Assembly (NCBI GenBank): GCA_946965045.2
Contig: OX337241.1
Location: forward strand, 2,976,001-3,040,000
From: Epithemia pelagica
Lineage: Eukaryota; Protista; Bacillariophyta
DNA: 64,000 nucleotides
Reading direction: 5' to 3'
A program made the position numbers and the translations under genes. Below the pieces are notes generated by a model that saw only the letters and a list, made by a program, of their open reading frames with translations, was not told where the DNA came from and made no database searches. Below are positions 13,071 through 26,293 of the stretch, one piece after another. Numbering within the stretch: the first letter of the stretch is position 1; each line of letters starts with the position of its first letter.

Positions 13071-13587
13071 CATGTTCCTTCTGGTCCATCATGTCGTCAG
13101 ATTCTTGTGTTTGGTACTTGTACTTGTACTTGTGGCCTTGCTTCCTTCACTATATACCTGATGAGTGATGCCCACTCACATCATTGGATCAAGAGAGGAC
13201 CACTGTCTCACTCTGTTTTGTTGTTATTGATGTGAACAGTCCGTAGGCCCAAGGCAAGAATGGTGTTCGATAAATGGTGTTGGTCGAGATGACTCAGAAA
13301 CTAGGGATATCTACCCAGTGGATGTTGGATTGTCGATCTGTTGGACCTCTTCGTCATAGGAGGACCTCTTCATCACAGATTGGGATGTCGATCGCTCTCC
13401 CTCTCGTCTCGTCGTATCTTACATACTTTTCTTGGGGTCATGAAATCTATGTGCGATTGATTGCCCTTCATCATCGTACGCAGGACAGGCACAACTTTCC
13501 TGTCTCCACACATCACTCTCTCTCCTCTCCTCGCTGCGAAAGCAAAGCTGTCATTTCTCGTCGACGTTGTTGTAAAGCGCCGTGACC

Positions 13588-14718
13588 ATGACAACGACAC
13601 TGCAAAAGCAAGCATTGCAGTCGGGCCTTGTCTTATTTGACGAGACACCAGAATGGAATGAAGACGACTGGCCTCCTCTTGAGGGTGGATGGCGTGCAGG
13701 TCATACTTCGCTCGTACTTGATCATCCCGATAACAACAAGGAACAAACTGTCGTCGTGATGGGAGGACATCAACAAGGTCAATGCGATTTCAATTCCGTT
13801 CTTTTATTGAATCTGGCAGACCCAGACAAGCAATGGCAAGAAGGACCATCAATGAACAAGAAACGTTCTGGACATGCCGCTGCTGTGTGCAACGGAGCCG
13901 TCTACGTAATGGGAGGATACAACGATGAAATAATTGTGATGGGAGGATTCAATCAAGGTCCATTGGATTCTATCGAAAGAATTGATTCCAATGATTTGCT
14001 GCAATCAGCTTTGACAACCAGCACCACACATGAACGTCATTGGACGACATTGACATGTCGATTATCAACGGGCCGAGATGGATGTTGTGCTGTTGCGGTG
14101 CATGATCGATACATTGTTGTAATGGGTGGCTACAGCGATCATGATTTGTCGTCAGTGGATATTATAGATACAAACAACCACACTGTCACTGCGGGACCAA
14201 GCATGACTGTTCCACGAAAATGGTGTGCCAGTGCGGTTATTGATCACCGCATCTTTGTCGTTGGAGGCCGAAACGGGTACGGCAATCTTGACTCGGTGGA
14301 GTATTTGGACGACACAACACCCTGTGACAGTGATGAGACAGAAAAGGAAACTGACTCGACGTTGATTTCTTTCTCGTCCACCTGGACCACTCATTCTGAT
14401 CTGGTCCTTTCCAATGCACGAACTTCTTGTGCAATGGTTGCCGTGGGATCTTGTCTGGTTGTTGCAGGAGGATGGGGCAATTCAACCGTGGAAGTCTTGG
14501 ATACACACTTCAACCGCGTGTGGAATCTTCCACCATTCGGAAATCACCGTGATGGCTGCAATATGGTGACTGCCAATCAAGTTGCCGTGATTGGTGGTGT
14601 GTACAATTTTACCTGTGCGACATTACCACTAATGGATAGGAATACGTGGTGTTTTCGTCGACTCTGTGACCAGCATTCAAACGGATGGTATCAGTCTCTG
14701 GATGGACTGAGCATCTAA
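13588..14718 (+). CDS. Kelch-repeat beta-propeller protein K4 (376 aa)
   Basis: Open ORF with six blades and a small internal duplication (VMGGYNDEIIVMGGFNQG). Confidence 0.9.
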   Translation: MTTTLQKQALQSGLVLFDETPEWNEDDWPPLEGGWRAGHTSLVLDHPDNNKEQTVVVMGGHQQGQCDFNSVLLLNLADPDKQWQEGPSMNKKRSGHAAAVCNGAVYVMGGYNDEIIVMGGFNQGPLDSIERIDSNDLLQSALTTSTTHERHWTTLTCRLSTGRDGCCAVAVHDRYIVVMGGYSDHDLSSVDIIDTNNHTVTAGPSMTVPRKWCASAVIDHRIFVVGGRNGYGNLDSVEYLDDTTPCDSDETEKETDSTLISFSSTWTTHSDLVLSNARTSCAMVAVGSCLVVAGGWGNSTVEVLDTHFNRVWNLPPFGNHRDGCNMVTANQVAVIGGVYNFTCATLPLMDRNTWCFRRLCDQHSNGWYQSLDGLSI

Positions 14719-17700
14719 CATGCTGATGTTTCTCCCTTTCCTACGTCGACATCAGCTCGTAAACGCGCAAGGTCCAATGGAGTTTATTTCTCTAGTGGTT
14801 GACTTGTTTTCAACGTTCGATTGCAATCCTAGGACCTAGTAGTATAAGTGTTTACTCAAGAGTAGAAACAATATGTTGCAAGATAGAACATGCTTGTATT
14901 TTGTGAAAGGCGGGGAAAGAACGACCCGATTTGTGTACCTCTACAAGTGGTACTACGCTTCGGCCATTACCCATTTATATCTGTCAGGTGTGGGACAGTG
15001 CCACAACCGTGACTGTGCAGTCGTGAGACCACACTCTAAATAACACAGAATGGATTGCTAGCTGTGGCACGGAGGCCACCAACCAATGAGAGGAGCAGGA
15101 ACAAAAGCACGCCAAGGCAAAACCTTGTTGGACCTGACGTTGTCGAGTTTGTATGGAAGTAAGGAGGGAGGACCATGCCATATCCAATTCCGACATGATG
15201 GCCAAGAACAGGTTGTCCCTTTTGGAGGAGTCTCCGCGCTCCAATCACAATGCCTTCTTCTACCTGATGTTGCATGTGAATCACAATACGTTGCTGCACT
15301 TGACATGTACCATAGTAATGTGTCATTTGCCCGATATGAAAGGTCGCCACACTTGGATCATCCGCAAACGTTCTACGGGTTCTTCTCGTCGCCTGACTCG
15401 CCACGCTTCGAGAATCCTAGTACCGAGATGCCTGGCTTGCATCACTTTTTTGCGGGTCATTGGTACTTCCCTGTGAAAATGCTTTGAATTTCTTTGTTCC
15501 TGCGCCCGGAGGCAACTTCGTATCAAACCGATCTTCCGTATGATTGTGTTCGTCTTTGGTCATTGGATCGTCAAAGTGCTGTCCGATGGCAAATGGCTTC
15601 GTATCAAAGGTCAACACAGATGCACCGTCCACTTCGGACTCAAACGGACCACCAGCATTCCCATCTCCCGCTTCCTCCAATGGCAATGGCAAATTATGGT
15701 TGCTCAATGCCGTCTGGCGACAGGCCACTCTCTTCCACGACAACGCTTTCCAAGCACAAATGCAACACTTGGAATTTTTATCCAATCAAGTCTATCGGGA
15801 GCTCCATCTGTTGGTCCAATGACGAAGAAACCTGCGACTGTGCTCGATAATTTCCACCAAGGCCAAAATACCTTGCCGTGGAAGGCGCCGCCGACTCCGC
15901 CGACGCTGAAGTAGTAGGTTCTTGGTCCAAATCAAATCCCCATAGGGGTTTGGTAGCAGGTCAAGAAAGTCCCAACGCCCCAAACACTTGAACCGTGGAG
16001 GAAGGGGATCGGACTCGAGAAATGTACGCACACGAGATGGAACACAAGCGACCAACGGGTGCCGCCTTGGGTAATAGCGGTTTGAGCAACGAGTGCACAG
16101 AGGACTCGTCCTGTGTGTCGCCCTTGCTGCTGTAACAGAGAAAATTGGTTGTTATGTTGGTGGTGCAACAGGAGAAACTGTGTTCTCGTACGGTGGTATG
16201 CAGAACTTGTCGGACAGTATCCATGGCTTGCCAGGGTTAAATCAAATCTTCCATTGCATCGGCCCAATCCATTGCATTGACCAATGCCATGGTGGTAGAT
16301 CCCACACGAGACGCTTGTTGCGCCAATTCACGAGCCATGATATTTCCAGCAGCAGTATCCCAGTGTTCCAAAATAGCTGCATCGGTCAACTCGGACAGCA
16401 AAAGGTTTCACCGGGAAGGGTACTGGTTCGAATCAAGGCGGCCAACAAACAATGCTGCATTGCGGCGAGGGGAGAACGAACCGCGGATGCATCGTGTCGG
16501 ATTTGGAGGGTAAAGGACAATGCCCAGACACTGCTTTCAATTGCCTCTTCAGCCTCGACCCAATCCTCCTCAGACAAGGCTTGACAGCGACTGAACCGCG
16601 GGTGTTGTTGCTCCTCCTTTTCCTTCTCCTCGTTGCCAGTCATTTGTGAATGTCTGCATGGGAGATGCCGGATGGAGCGGTGGTGGTCGGGGAGACGGAG
16701 TCTCCATTCCCGAGACTTGACTGGACGTATTCCGTACCGGCGACGTTTGAAAGGAGGTCTTGGTAATAGATTTGTCGGGTGCGGTGGGTTTCCACGTGAC
16801 AAAGGCCCACAAGAAATCAATCGGATCTTTGACCGGACCCCACAATGGACGATCGTCTTGGGAGGCATCGGCCGCGGTCGCTACCAAATCCAGCAAACGA
16901 CTTTGCAGTTGTCGCCGATCACGTTCTAGCGCTTCTTGTTGAATTGTTCTTATCGTGTGAGCTCCAAGTTGGCGGGTGGTGCCAACAGTGTTGTCAGTGG
17001 TGATCTCCAAGCAGCAGCAAAAGCCGAAGAAGAAGCATGGCCCCATCCATGGAACTCCAAAGACGGAATGGAGCCGTCATTGAGAAGCAAAGGGAAGGAG
17101 GCAGTCTGTGGACTGCGGCAACCGCACCGAAAGTACCTCAATTGAACTTAAACAAAAGACGGCGACGGCCACAGACACATTGTGGTGCTGATTGCTGATG
17201 GTATCTTTTTTGTCGTTCGTTTCGATGGATATTCTCCCAAACTGTGATGTGGAGTCCTCCTCCCCCAAAGTCTGCGGAGTCTCTTCCAAGTCTTGGTCGC
17301 GGAATGAGGACAGGAATGGCTCGCAGGCGCGCCGACCGAGACGAGCCCGGTCACTCTAAAATATCGATTGATGTCGCCAAAAGACGACCACTCTTTAATA
17401 GAACCTACTGCTACACTCAATGGGAAACAAGGCATCTACGGTATCATCCCAACGGCAACGGCGTTCGATCCACGGCCATGGCAACCAAAGAATGATCATC
17501 CCAATTGGCAGTCTAAACTCATGGCATTCCCACTGGGGCAACAGATGGACCCATGACATGCATTGCGCAACCTGCCGGTGCTTTTTGTAAAAGACGCCTA
17601 TCCAGGTTGCCAAGGTCAACAGTTTGCAAGCACCGTACCAAGTCATGTCAGCAGCAAGTGGCCTTGGCCTTTTCATCCGTTGTATTACTGGGGTTCTTCG

Positions 17701-18021
17701 CGAGAGACACCACGACCCATGGCAAAAATTGCAGGATGACGAAACTGACCTGAGATGGAACAACAAGATGAAGTTTATTTCGGTATCCAAAAACACTTCC
17801 ACGGTACTCCGAACAAGAATGCGTGATCTTCGTCATTGCGTGGCTACCGTCACGATTTGTCTCCTGACGAAAGCGACTCATCTTCGGTCTATCCATTTCG
17901 TCAAGTCAGTCGTGCTTCCAGTCCAAACCCATCAGCATCACAACAACAGAGCAGTCCTACGTGCCTCTTACAAGGCAGTGTCTCGATCCTCATAAATTCG
18001 CTGCCGTCATTGTGTGGAACC

Positions 18022-19230
18022 ATGACAACGACACTGAAAGAACAAGCATGGCAGTCGGGTCTTGCCCTGTTAGACGAGACACCTGAATGGAATGAAAACG
18101 ACTGGCCACCTCTCGAAGGTGGATGGCGTTCGTGTCATGCTACGGTCGTACTCGATCACCCCGATACGGCCAGCAACGACAACAACAACAATAACAACAG
18201 GAGACAAACGGTTGTCTTGATGGGAGGAAATCAACAACGCCGAGGTGTCACCAAATCCGTTCTTGTATTGAACTTAGCAGACCCAGACAGGCAATGGCAA
18301 GAAGGGCCACCCATGAACAAGAGTCGTGAAGGACATGCCGCTGTTGTTTGCAACGGAGGTGTTTATGTTGTTGGAGGAGACGACAGTATTTTTACATGTT
18401 TGAATTGCATCGAAAGAATCGATTCCAATGATTTGCTGCAATCATCTACAACAAACAGCAACACACATGAGCGTCATTGGACGACATTAAACTGTCGTTT
18501 ATCAGCGGAACGAGTGGGATGTTGTGCTGTTGCGGTGCATGATCGATACATTGTTGTAATGGGTGGCTACAGCGATCATGATTTGTCGTCAGTGGATATT
18601 ATAGATACAAACAACCACACTGTCACTGCGGGACCAAGCATGACTATTCCTCGATCATTTTGTGCCAGTGCGGTTATTGGTCACCGCATCTTTGTCGTTG
18701 GAGGCCGAAACGGGTACGGCAATCTTGACTCGGTGGAGTATTTGGACTACACAACACCCTGGGACAGTGATGAGACAGAAAAGGAAACTGGCTTGACGTT
18801 CACTTCTTTCTCACCCACCTCTATCACTCATTCGGAGTTGAGGCTTTCCGAACTTCGAGGTTCCTGTGCAATGGTTGCTGTGGGATCGTGTCTGGTGGTG
18901 GCGGGTGGACAAGGCCATTCAACCGTGGAAGTCTTGGATACGCGCCGCAACCGCGTTTGGAATCTCCCACCATTGGATAATCACCGCCACGGCTGCAGTG
19001 TAGTGACTGTTGCCAATCAAGTTGCCGTGGTTGGTGGATATCGCAATCCTACCTGTGCGACATTCCCATTAATGGACAAGAATACGTGGTGTTTTCGCCG
19101 TCTCTGTGAGCAGCAGCCCAACAGATGGTATCATTGTCGAGAAAGATCGGGTAAGGCTAACGGAGATGTCAATGTAACATCCTGGACCATCGTGACATCC
19201 ATTCTTAAGCGATTAAAAACCAATACTTGA
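18022..19230 (+). CDS. Kelch-repeat beta-propeller protein K5 (402 aa)
   Basis: Open ORF from the conserved MTTTLK start, six blades, C-terminal LKRLKTNT. Confidence 0.9.
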   Translation: MTTTLKEQAWQSGLALLDETPEWNENDWPPLEGGWRSCHATVVLDHPDTASNDNNNNNNRRQTVVLMGGNQQRRGVTKSVLVLNLADPDRQWQEGPPMNKSREGHAAVVCNGGVYVVGGDDSIFTCLNCIERIDSNDLLQSSTTNSNTHERHWTTLNCRLSAERVGCCAVAVHDRYIVVMGGYSDHDLSSVDIIDTNNHTVTAGPSMTIPRSFCASAVIGHRIFVVGGRNGYGNLDSVEYLDYTTPWDSDETEKETGLTFTSFSPTSITHSELRLSELRGSCAMVAVGSCLVVAGGQGHSTVEVLDTRRNRVWNLPPLDNHRHGCSVVTVANQVAVVGGYRNPTCATFPLMDKNTWCFRRLCEQQPNRWYHCRERSGKANGDVNVTSWTIVTSILKRLKTNT

Positions 19231-19850
19231 TGGAGGATGGAACTTGAAATGTACGGCCACAAACTTTATCATGACCATGGAGATCGTGTCCATCCTAAGT
19301 GTCCATCTTTAGTTAAGTTGTCAATCAAACAGGTTAATGAAAAGCTCTAAATCACTGTACCTATACGGAGTGGCTTGCTACGTCGAAAAAGACATTACTC
19401 TAGACCGGTTTCAAAGAGCAACTCCTAGTTTGGTCGGATCCATCCACCATGATCAGCTATCCGTGTACTATATAATGAGATGTTACAGCGTCGGCCATGG
19501 CACTGCTGTCCGCTGCAAACCTGCGGATATCTGGCAACCACTTTTGGGTGGATGGCCATGGTACTGTTCCCTCTCTGTGCTGTTGAAAACTCTCTGGCCT
19601 TGATCAGAAGGAATCATCTTTCAACGGAAGATGGCGGTCTTTCATGGTCTCGTTGCATATTTTAGACAAAAAAGAGCAACCTGAATTGTGTCTCTTCAAG
19701 TGATGGCATATAACGAACAAGTGACCTTTCGACCATGACCTGATAGTTGTGGGACGCAGTCGGTGGGGCCATGGATTGGTAGAAATGGCTGGATCCGACA
19801 GCCAACACACTTTGTCTTCGTTTAGTTTCCATTGCGAACGCAGCAGTGAA

Positions 19851-20019
19851 GGGTCGTCGTCGATTCCTCTTCCTTGGTGTCAATGTCTCGTTGTGGAGCA
19901 ACCAATCCGTCGACGCGGTACAAATATTGGTTTATCGTGGGTCGTCGTCGATTCCTCTTCCTTGGTGTCAATGTCTCGTTGTGGAGCAACCAATCCGTCG
20001 ACGCGGTACAAATATTGGT
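19851..20019. repeat. 81-bp direct repeat, two copies with a 7-bp spacer
   Basis: GGGTCGTCGTCGATTCC...CAAATATTGGT at 19851-19931 and 19939-20019. Confidence 0.9.
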
Positions 20020-21542
20020 GGTGCTACGATTCCCAAGACTGTGCTTCTGGTGGACCTTGGTCCAACAAGGCAACTGTTTTGGAAGTCGTCATTTGATCCA
20101 CCCATTGTGGTGATGCATCGATCGACCTGTTTGTATGCGACGATTGTTCTTCTTGTTATTTAGTTGCTATTGGTGGATCAGAATCGTGATTTTTCACTTC
20201 TTGTCGTGATCCTTGATGAAAGAGACGGACGATTGTTCTAGTTGGTGTTGTTCGGATGGGTCAAGGCAAATCTTGTTGTCACTGTTGTCCACTTCTGAGG
20301 GTTCTTCGTGGAAATCGAGCATGGGTGGTTGCTGCTTCTGTACTTTTGTTTTGTTATTGGGCGTGGAAGTGGGGAAACCGAGTTTTACACCACCGCTCCA
20401 CCACGACAATATTTGTATCTCGAACTAAGCAGCAGACTCAGCAAGCGACAAAAAGCACAAGAGAGACTATACGACAAACTCCCCCAACAAAGCCTTGTCA
20501 CGAGCAGGACAGGAATGTTGATTGATTGTTCATTGTCAAGTCTGGTTTCTCTTACTTGTCGTGAAATCCTCATCTGGTGTGGCTCTTTTTTGGCTGTTGG
20601 TCGTTTTGCCGGAACCTCTGACACACAAAACTCTTGTACGTTCTCGACGCCAGGTGGATCCACGCGACGACTCCCCCGGTCCACCTTTTGTTTCTTGCAC
20701 TCTTGTGGTTTTCAATCGAGACAACAACACCACCCATTGGCAAATGTAGCACCGGTCCTGACACCCACCTTGGCGAACGGAGGCCATTGAACCAGTGCCA
20801 TATGCGTCTGCCACAATAAGTGGACCACATGCGCGAGCATTACTGACTACCGGCGCGACGACGGCACGAGACGGTTTTGCCTCTCCCAAAAAGATGATGA
20901 TTGATGGAGTCGGTATCAAAACTGACATAGGAGACCAACCTTTGCCGTCCAACCACATCCACGTGACATTCTCGAAAGACGAATGCAGGCATCTGGTGCG
21001 AGCTAATGCAACACGGGAAGCGCGTCACAATGGGATGAATGGCATGTTCCTTCTGGTCCATCATGTCGTCGGATTCTTGTTTTTGTGCAGTTGTACTTGT
21101 GGCCTTACTTCCTTCACTATATACCCGATGCATTCGAATCATTGGATCAAGAGAAGACCACTCTCTCTGTTGTTGTTTGTTGTCGTTGTTGTGAGCAGTC
21201 TGTAGGACCAAAGGGAAGAATGGTAGCGCGGACGAGATGACTCAGAAACTAGGGATATCTACCCAGTGGATGTTGGATTGTCAATCTGTGGACGTCTTCA
21301 TCATCAATCATAAGAGGACCTCTTCATCACAGTTTGGGATCTCTCGCTCTCCCATGTCGTATCCAAATAATGCAGCAAAAGATATAAGTCTTATATTGCA
21401 TCAGCAAAAGATACTTTTCATGAAATCTATGTGCGATTGATTGCCCTTCACCATCGACGAGCGCACGACCACAGACGCTCCACGCAAAAAAGCTCGCTGC
21501 AAATATCCTCGCGTGCTGTCATTTCTCGTCGACACCGTGACC

Positions 21543-22442
21543 ATGACGACGACATTGAAAGAACAAGCATGGCAGTCGGACCTTGTTTTGTTAGACGAGA
21601 CACCTGAATGGAATTTCGACGACTGGCCTCCTCTTGAGGGTGGATGGCGTGCAGGTCATAGTTCGGTCGTACTGAATCATCTCGATACGGAAAACGAGAC
21701 CAACAACAGGGGGCAGACGGTCGTCGTGTTGGGAGGATATCAACAAGGCCAAGGCGATGTCAATTCCGTTCTGCTATTGGATTTGGAAGACCCAAACAAG
21801 CAGTGGCGAGAAGGGCCACCCATGAACAAGAAACGTGCTGGACATGCCACTGTTGTGTTCAACGGTGGCGTCTACGTGATGGGAGGTCGCAATACAACAT
21901 CTTTGGATTGTCTGGAACGAATTGACTTGAATGATTTGTTTCAATCATCTTTGACAACAAGTAGCACACGTGCGAGCCATTGGACGACATTGACATGTCG
22001 CTTATCAATGGGACGATCAGGATGTTGTGCTGCCGCGGTTAACAACCGATTCATCGTTGTAATGGGTGGCTATTACAACGATCGTTATTTGTCGTCAGTG
22101 GATATCATTGATACCAACAATCACACTGTCACTGTGGGACCAAGCATGACTGTTCCACGACAATCGTGTGCCAGTGCAATCGTTGGTCACCGCATCTTTG
22201 TCGTTGGAGGTCATAACGATCATGGCCATCTTCACTCGGTGGAGTATTTGGACTATGCAACACCCTGTGACAATGATGCGACAAAAAAGGAGATAGGCTC
22301 GACATTCATTTCTTTCTCCTCTACCTGGATCACTCATCCTGAGTTGGTGCTTTCCAATGCACGAAGTTCTTGTGCAGTGGTTGCGATGGGATCTTGTCTG
22401 GTGGTGGCGCACCCATCAGAGCAGCCCACTACTGTCCTTTGA
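21543..22442 (+). pseudogene. Kelch gene K6, 3'-truncated in blade 5 and fused to the K7 upstream region
   Basis: Homology ends at SCLVVA (~22409) and runs straight into CACCCATCAG...GATCCTCATAAAT, the upstream motif of other copies. Confidence 0.85.
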
Positions 22443-22483
22443 TCCTCATAAATGCGCTGCGGTCAACAAAAAGAAGAGTGAGC

Positions 22484-23692
22484 ATGACACTGAACGAACA
22501 AGCATGGCAGTCGGGCCTTGTCCTTTCGTACGAGACACCAGAATGGAATGAAAACGATTGGCCTCCTCTTGAGGGTGGCTGGCGTTCGTCTCATGCAACA
22601 GTCGTACTTGACCATCCCGATACGGAAAACGATAGCAACAACAGGGCGCAGACGGTCGTCGTGTTGGGCGGATACCAGACAGTTCAAGGCGCGCTCGATT
22701 CCATCCTTGTATTAAATTTGGCAGAATCAACCAAGCAGTGGCGAGAAGGGCCACGCATGAACTAGAAACGTTCTGGACATGCCACTGTTGTGTGCAACGG
22801 TGGCGTCTACGTCATGGGAGGCTACAATGGAAGCTCAGTATTTGATTGTATCGAACGAATTGACGAAAAGGATTTGCTGCTATCACCTTTAACAACAAAC
22901 ATCATCACACATGCGAGTAATTGGACGACATTAACTTGTCGATTATCAACGCAACGATGGGGATGTTGTGCTGTCGCGGTGCACAACCGATATATTGTTA
23001 CGATGGGTGGCTACAACGGTCGTAATTTGTCGTCAGTGGATATTATAGATACAAACAACCACACTGTGATTGAGGGACCATCCATGACTGTTAAACGACA
23101 ATTATGTGCCAGTGCGGTCATTGGTCACCGCATCTTTGTCGTTGGAGGTCATAACGATAATGGCAATCTTGACTCGGTGGAGTATTTGGACTATGCAACA
23201 CCCTGTGACAATGATGCGACAAAGAAGGAGAAAGGCTCGACGTTCATATCTTTCTCGTCCGCTTGGATCACTCAGTCGGAGTTGAGGCTTTCCAATGCAC
23301 GAAGTCGTTATGCAATGGTTGCCGTTGGATCTTGTCTGACTGTGGCGGGAGGATGGGACAATTCAACCGTGGAAGTTTTGGATACGCACCGCAACCGCGT
23401 GTGGAATCTCCCACCATTCGGAAATGACCGCATTGGCTGCAGTATGGTGACTGTTGCCAATCAAGTTACCGTGATTGGTGGATATCGCAATCCTTCATGT
23501 GCAACATTACCACTACTGGATAGGAATTTGTGGTGTTTTCGACGACTCTGTGAGCATCCTAGGAACGAATGGTATCACTGTTTAGAAAGATCGGGTAACG
23601 GAAATGTTACTGTATCTTCCCGCACCATCTCGACGTCCACTCTGAAACGATTGAGGACAAATGACCAATGCATGATGGAGGATGGTACTTGA
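22484..23692 (+). pseudogene. Kelch gene K7, single in-frame nonsense codon
   Basis: TAG at 22763-22765 replaces the AAG of MNKKR; the frame continues intact to 23692 with LKRLRTN. Confidence 0.85.
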
Positions 23693-26293
23693 AATGTGCA
23701 ACAAGTTGCACGGCCATGAGCTTGCCAACGATATCCTGACCATTATACTCTCGTACAAAACAGGGATCGTGTCCATCTTAGTTACGTTGTGAATCATATA
23801 AGCTCTATATGACGATAACTATACAGGATAAAAGACATTACTCTAAACTTTTTTCATAGAGCAACTCCTAGTATGGTTTGAAGTTACCACCTTGTATAGA
23901 AGATGATCGCACATGAATTTCCTTCTGATGCTATGGCGTTTGTGGCAGTCGAATCCATCCGCCATGATCAGCAATCGTGTTGTAGATAATGAGATGTAAC
24001 AGCGTCCGCCATGACACTGCTGTCCTCTGCAAACCTACGGATATCGATCCAGCGATGAGACAGCGATGGGTAGGAGAGGAGCACAAAGAGGAGCACGACT
24101 CCGACATGGACAAAATGGGTGGATCGACATTTCCTTTCCAGCAGGAGGAGAAGGACGAGAGGGTGAAGCCATGTTGGCCCTGTTGTTGGCTTCTGCCGGT
24201 TCTTCGAGGACCGTGTAATGATTGAAAGCCATGGACGACGATGCTCTGGAGTCTGAAGGGCAGGTTCACACGTGGAAGTCGACGAGGCTTCATTGACGAA
24301 GGCTATCTTGTTTTGGTTGGTTGGTTGGTTGGTTGGTGGAGAAGAACGGGTCATGTTTGCCTTCGCTATTGCCATGGATTGTGGTTGTCGTTTGTCTAGA
24401 TGGTCCATGTTCCCTTTGTTGCGTCGTTGTGATGCTCGTGGATTGCCATGCGACCACTTTGCAAAACCCAATTTGGGGCCTAAACACGTTGCAGCATGGC
24501 CACGTAATCGCACCGTTGCACTTTTCGCTCTTCTCCTGCATACAACATAAACTAGTCATACTGTGGTGTTTCATTGGTTCAAGTCAACAGTTTGAGCATA
24601 GTATTGGCCAACTCGGTATACCAAACGACATGATGCGCTTGAGAGTATTGGAAAGTTTGGCTGGTAGCTTCTAAGATGCATCCTTTTTCTCTCCACCTGC
24701 ACTTTGAATCCGGATAGCATTGTGATTCTTGTGAGTGAATCGGCTATTTCCAAAAGGCGTCTACCGAGGTCGACAACGCGTAAGGACACACAGTCGCCAC
24801 GAAAGCTCCGGACTGTTGGACCATACGGAATAGCCAGTTCGAGACAGGAATCAAGAGAGTGCAAATCTCTGCAGTTTTCTTGTGCGACATGTTAGTTCTG
24901 AGTTGTTTGATATTGCCTCCCAATCGCGAACCACCTGTGATCGTGATACTTTGATTTCCATCTTATATGCTTTGGTTGCTCGTGGCTGACGACACAGCAT
25001 TGTTGGTGAAAGACACACCATCTGGTACCAACCAGAAGTTGGGGCCATGTTGCTGCAAGGCGGAAGAGGAACATGGTTCCATGTGGTGGTGGGAGTCATT
25101 GGTTCGGTGCAACAGTGCCACTTGCAAGTACCAGAGTGTTGGTGTGGATGTTGCCGGTTGCCAGTTGTTGTGGTTTGGGTGTTGAGACTTTGTCGTTGTA
25201 TCTCAAATGGTCCTGCTACAATTGTCTGGTGGCTGGGCCATCGTCGTCGTGCTAGTTGTTATGGTTGCTTGATGTAGCCAGGGAAGAGCTTGACTCGTGG
25301 TGGCCGTTGTAGGGAGGTGCCTTGTTGGTGTGGTTGTTCATGTCTGGTGATTGGTGGAAGCAACATCCCCACTCGTTGTTCTACATTCCTGACATGTGCA
25401 CCACGGCCAAATCGGACGTCAGGTCAGCGAGACGTTTTACCTGGAACACGGCAAACTCAAAGGTTAAGTGATGATTGTCCGTCAGAACACCAAACCGCGC
25501 GGTGGAACCTGACCAATTCGACTACGCAATGTGAGATATTGGCCATCTTGCTTCTTCTGGGCGATAAAGAGAGCGGCGTAGCATCCCAATTCCCGACTGT
25601 CGCAAGGTCTTGAGTGGCATTCAATCGTGCCACAATGTGGAACGTTGAGACTTTGTCATTGTCTCTTCAAGGTCCTGCTGCTATTGTCTTGAGGCAGAGC
25701 CGTAGTCGTCATCATCCTGCTAGTCATCATGGTTGCTTGATGAAGCCAGGGAAGAGCTTGACTCATGATGGTCGTTGTAGGGAGGGGAGGTGCCTTGTTG
25801 GTGTGTGGTTATTGGTGGAAGCAACCTCACCACTCGTTGTTCTACCACAGCTGAGTGACCGTTGACCAAACTCGAGGCTTGTTCCAATCCTGTACATTCC
25901 TGACCCATCCGCAGATGGACCCGTCCACAATTGGATTTGTTCATTCCAAAGGCTGGTTTCTCTTAATTGTCGTGACAGAGGGGTCCTCATCTGGTTTGGC
26001 TGTGGGTCGTTTTGATGTAACATGTAACATGGCCTTCGGATGAAACAATGCCTTTTGCCCAAATTCCTTATGCTACTAGTCAACGAGAAAGACATGAGGA
26101 TGCTTCGACGCCTTGTTCTTTCGGATGTTGTCCATCGTTTGTTCAATGTGCGATATCGTACGTACGACAGACGCTATTTGGGCTCCAGAGCTTCCACGTG
26201 TATTCTAAGAGTCCTGATGCTTCTATTATATTCTCTCTCGCAACAGCCGCAAACGCACTCCACATAAATTCAGCGGTCAAAACGTTTGGAAGC

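Noticed and set aside
24314-24337. (GGTT)n and (CAA)n microsatellites
   Set aside because: Short low-complexity tracts with no sign of function; not a telomeric array.
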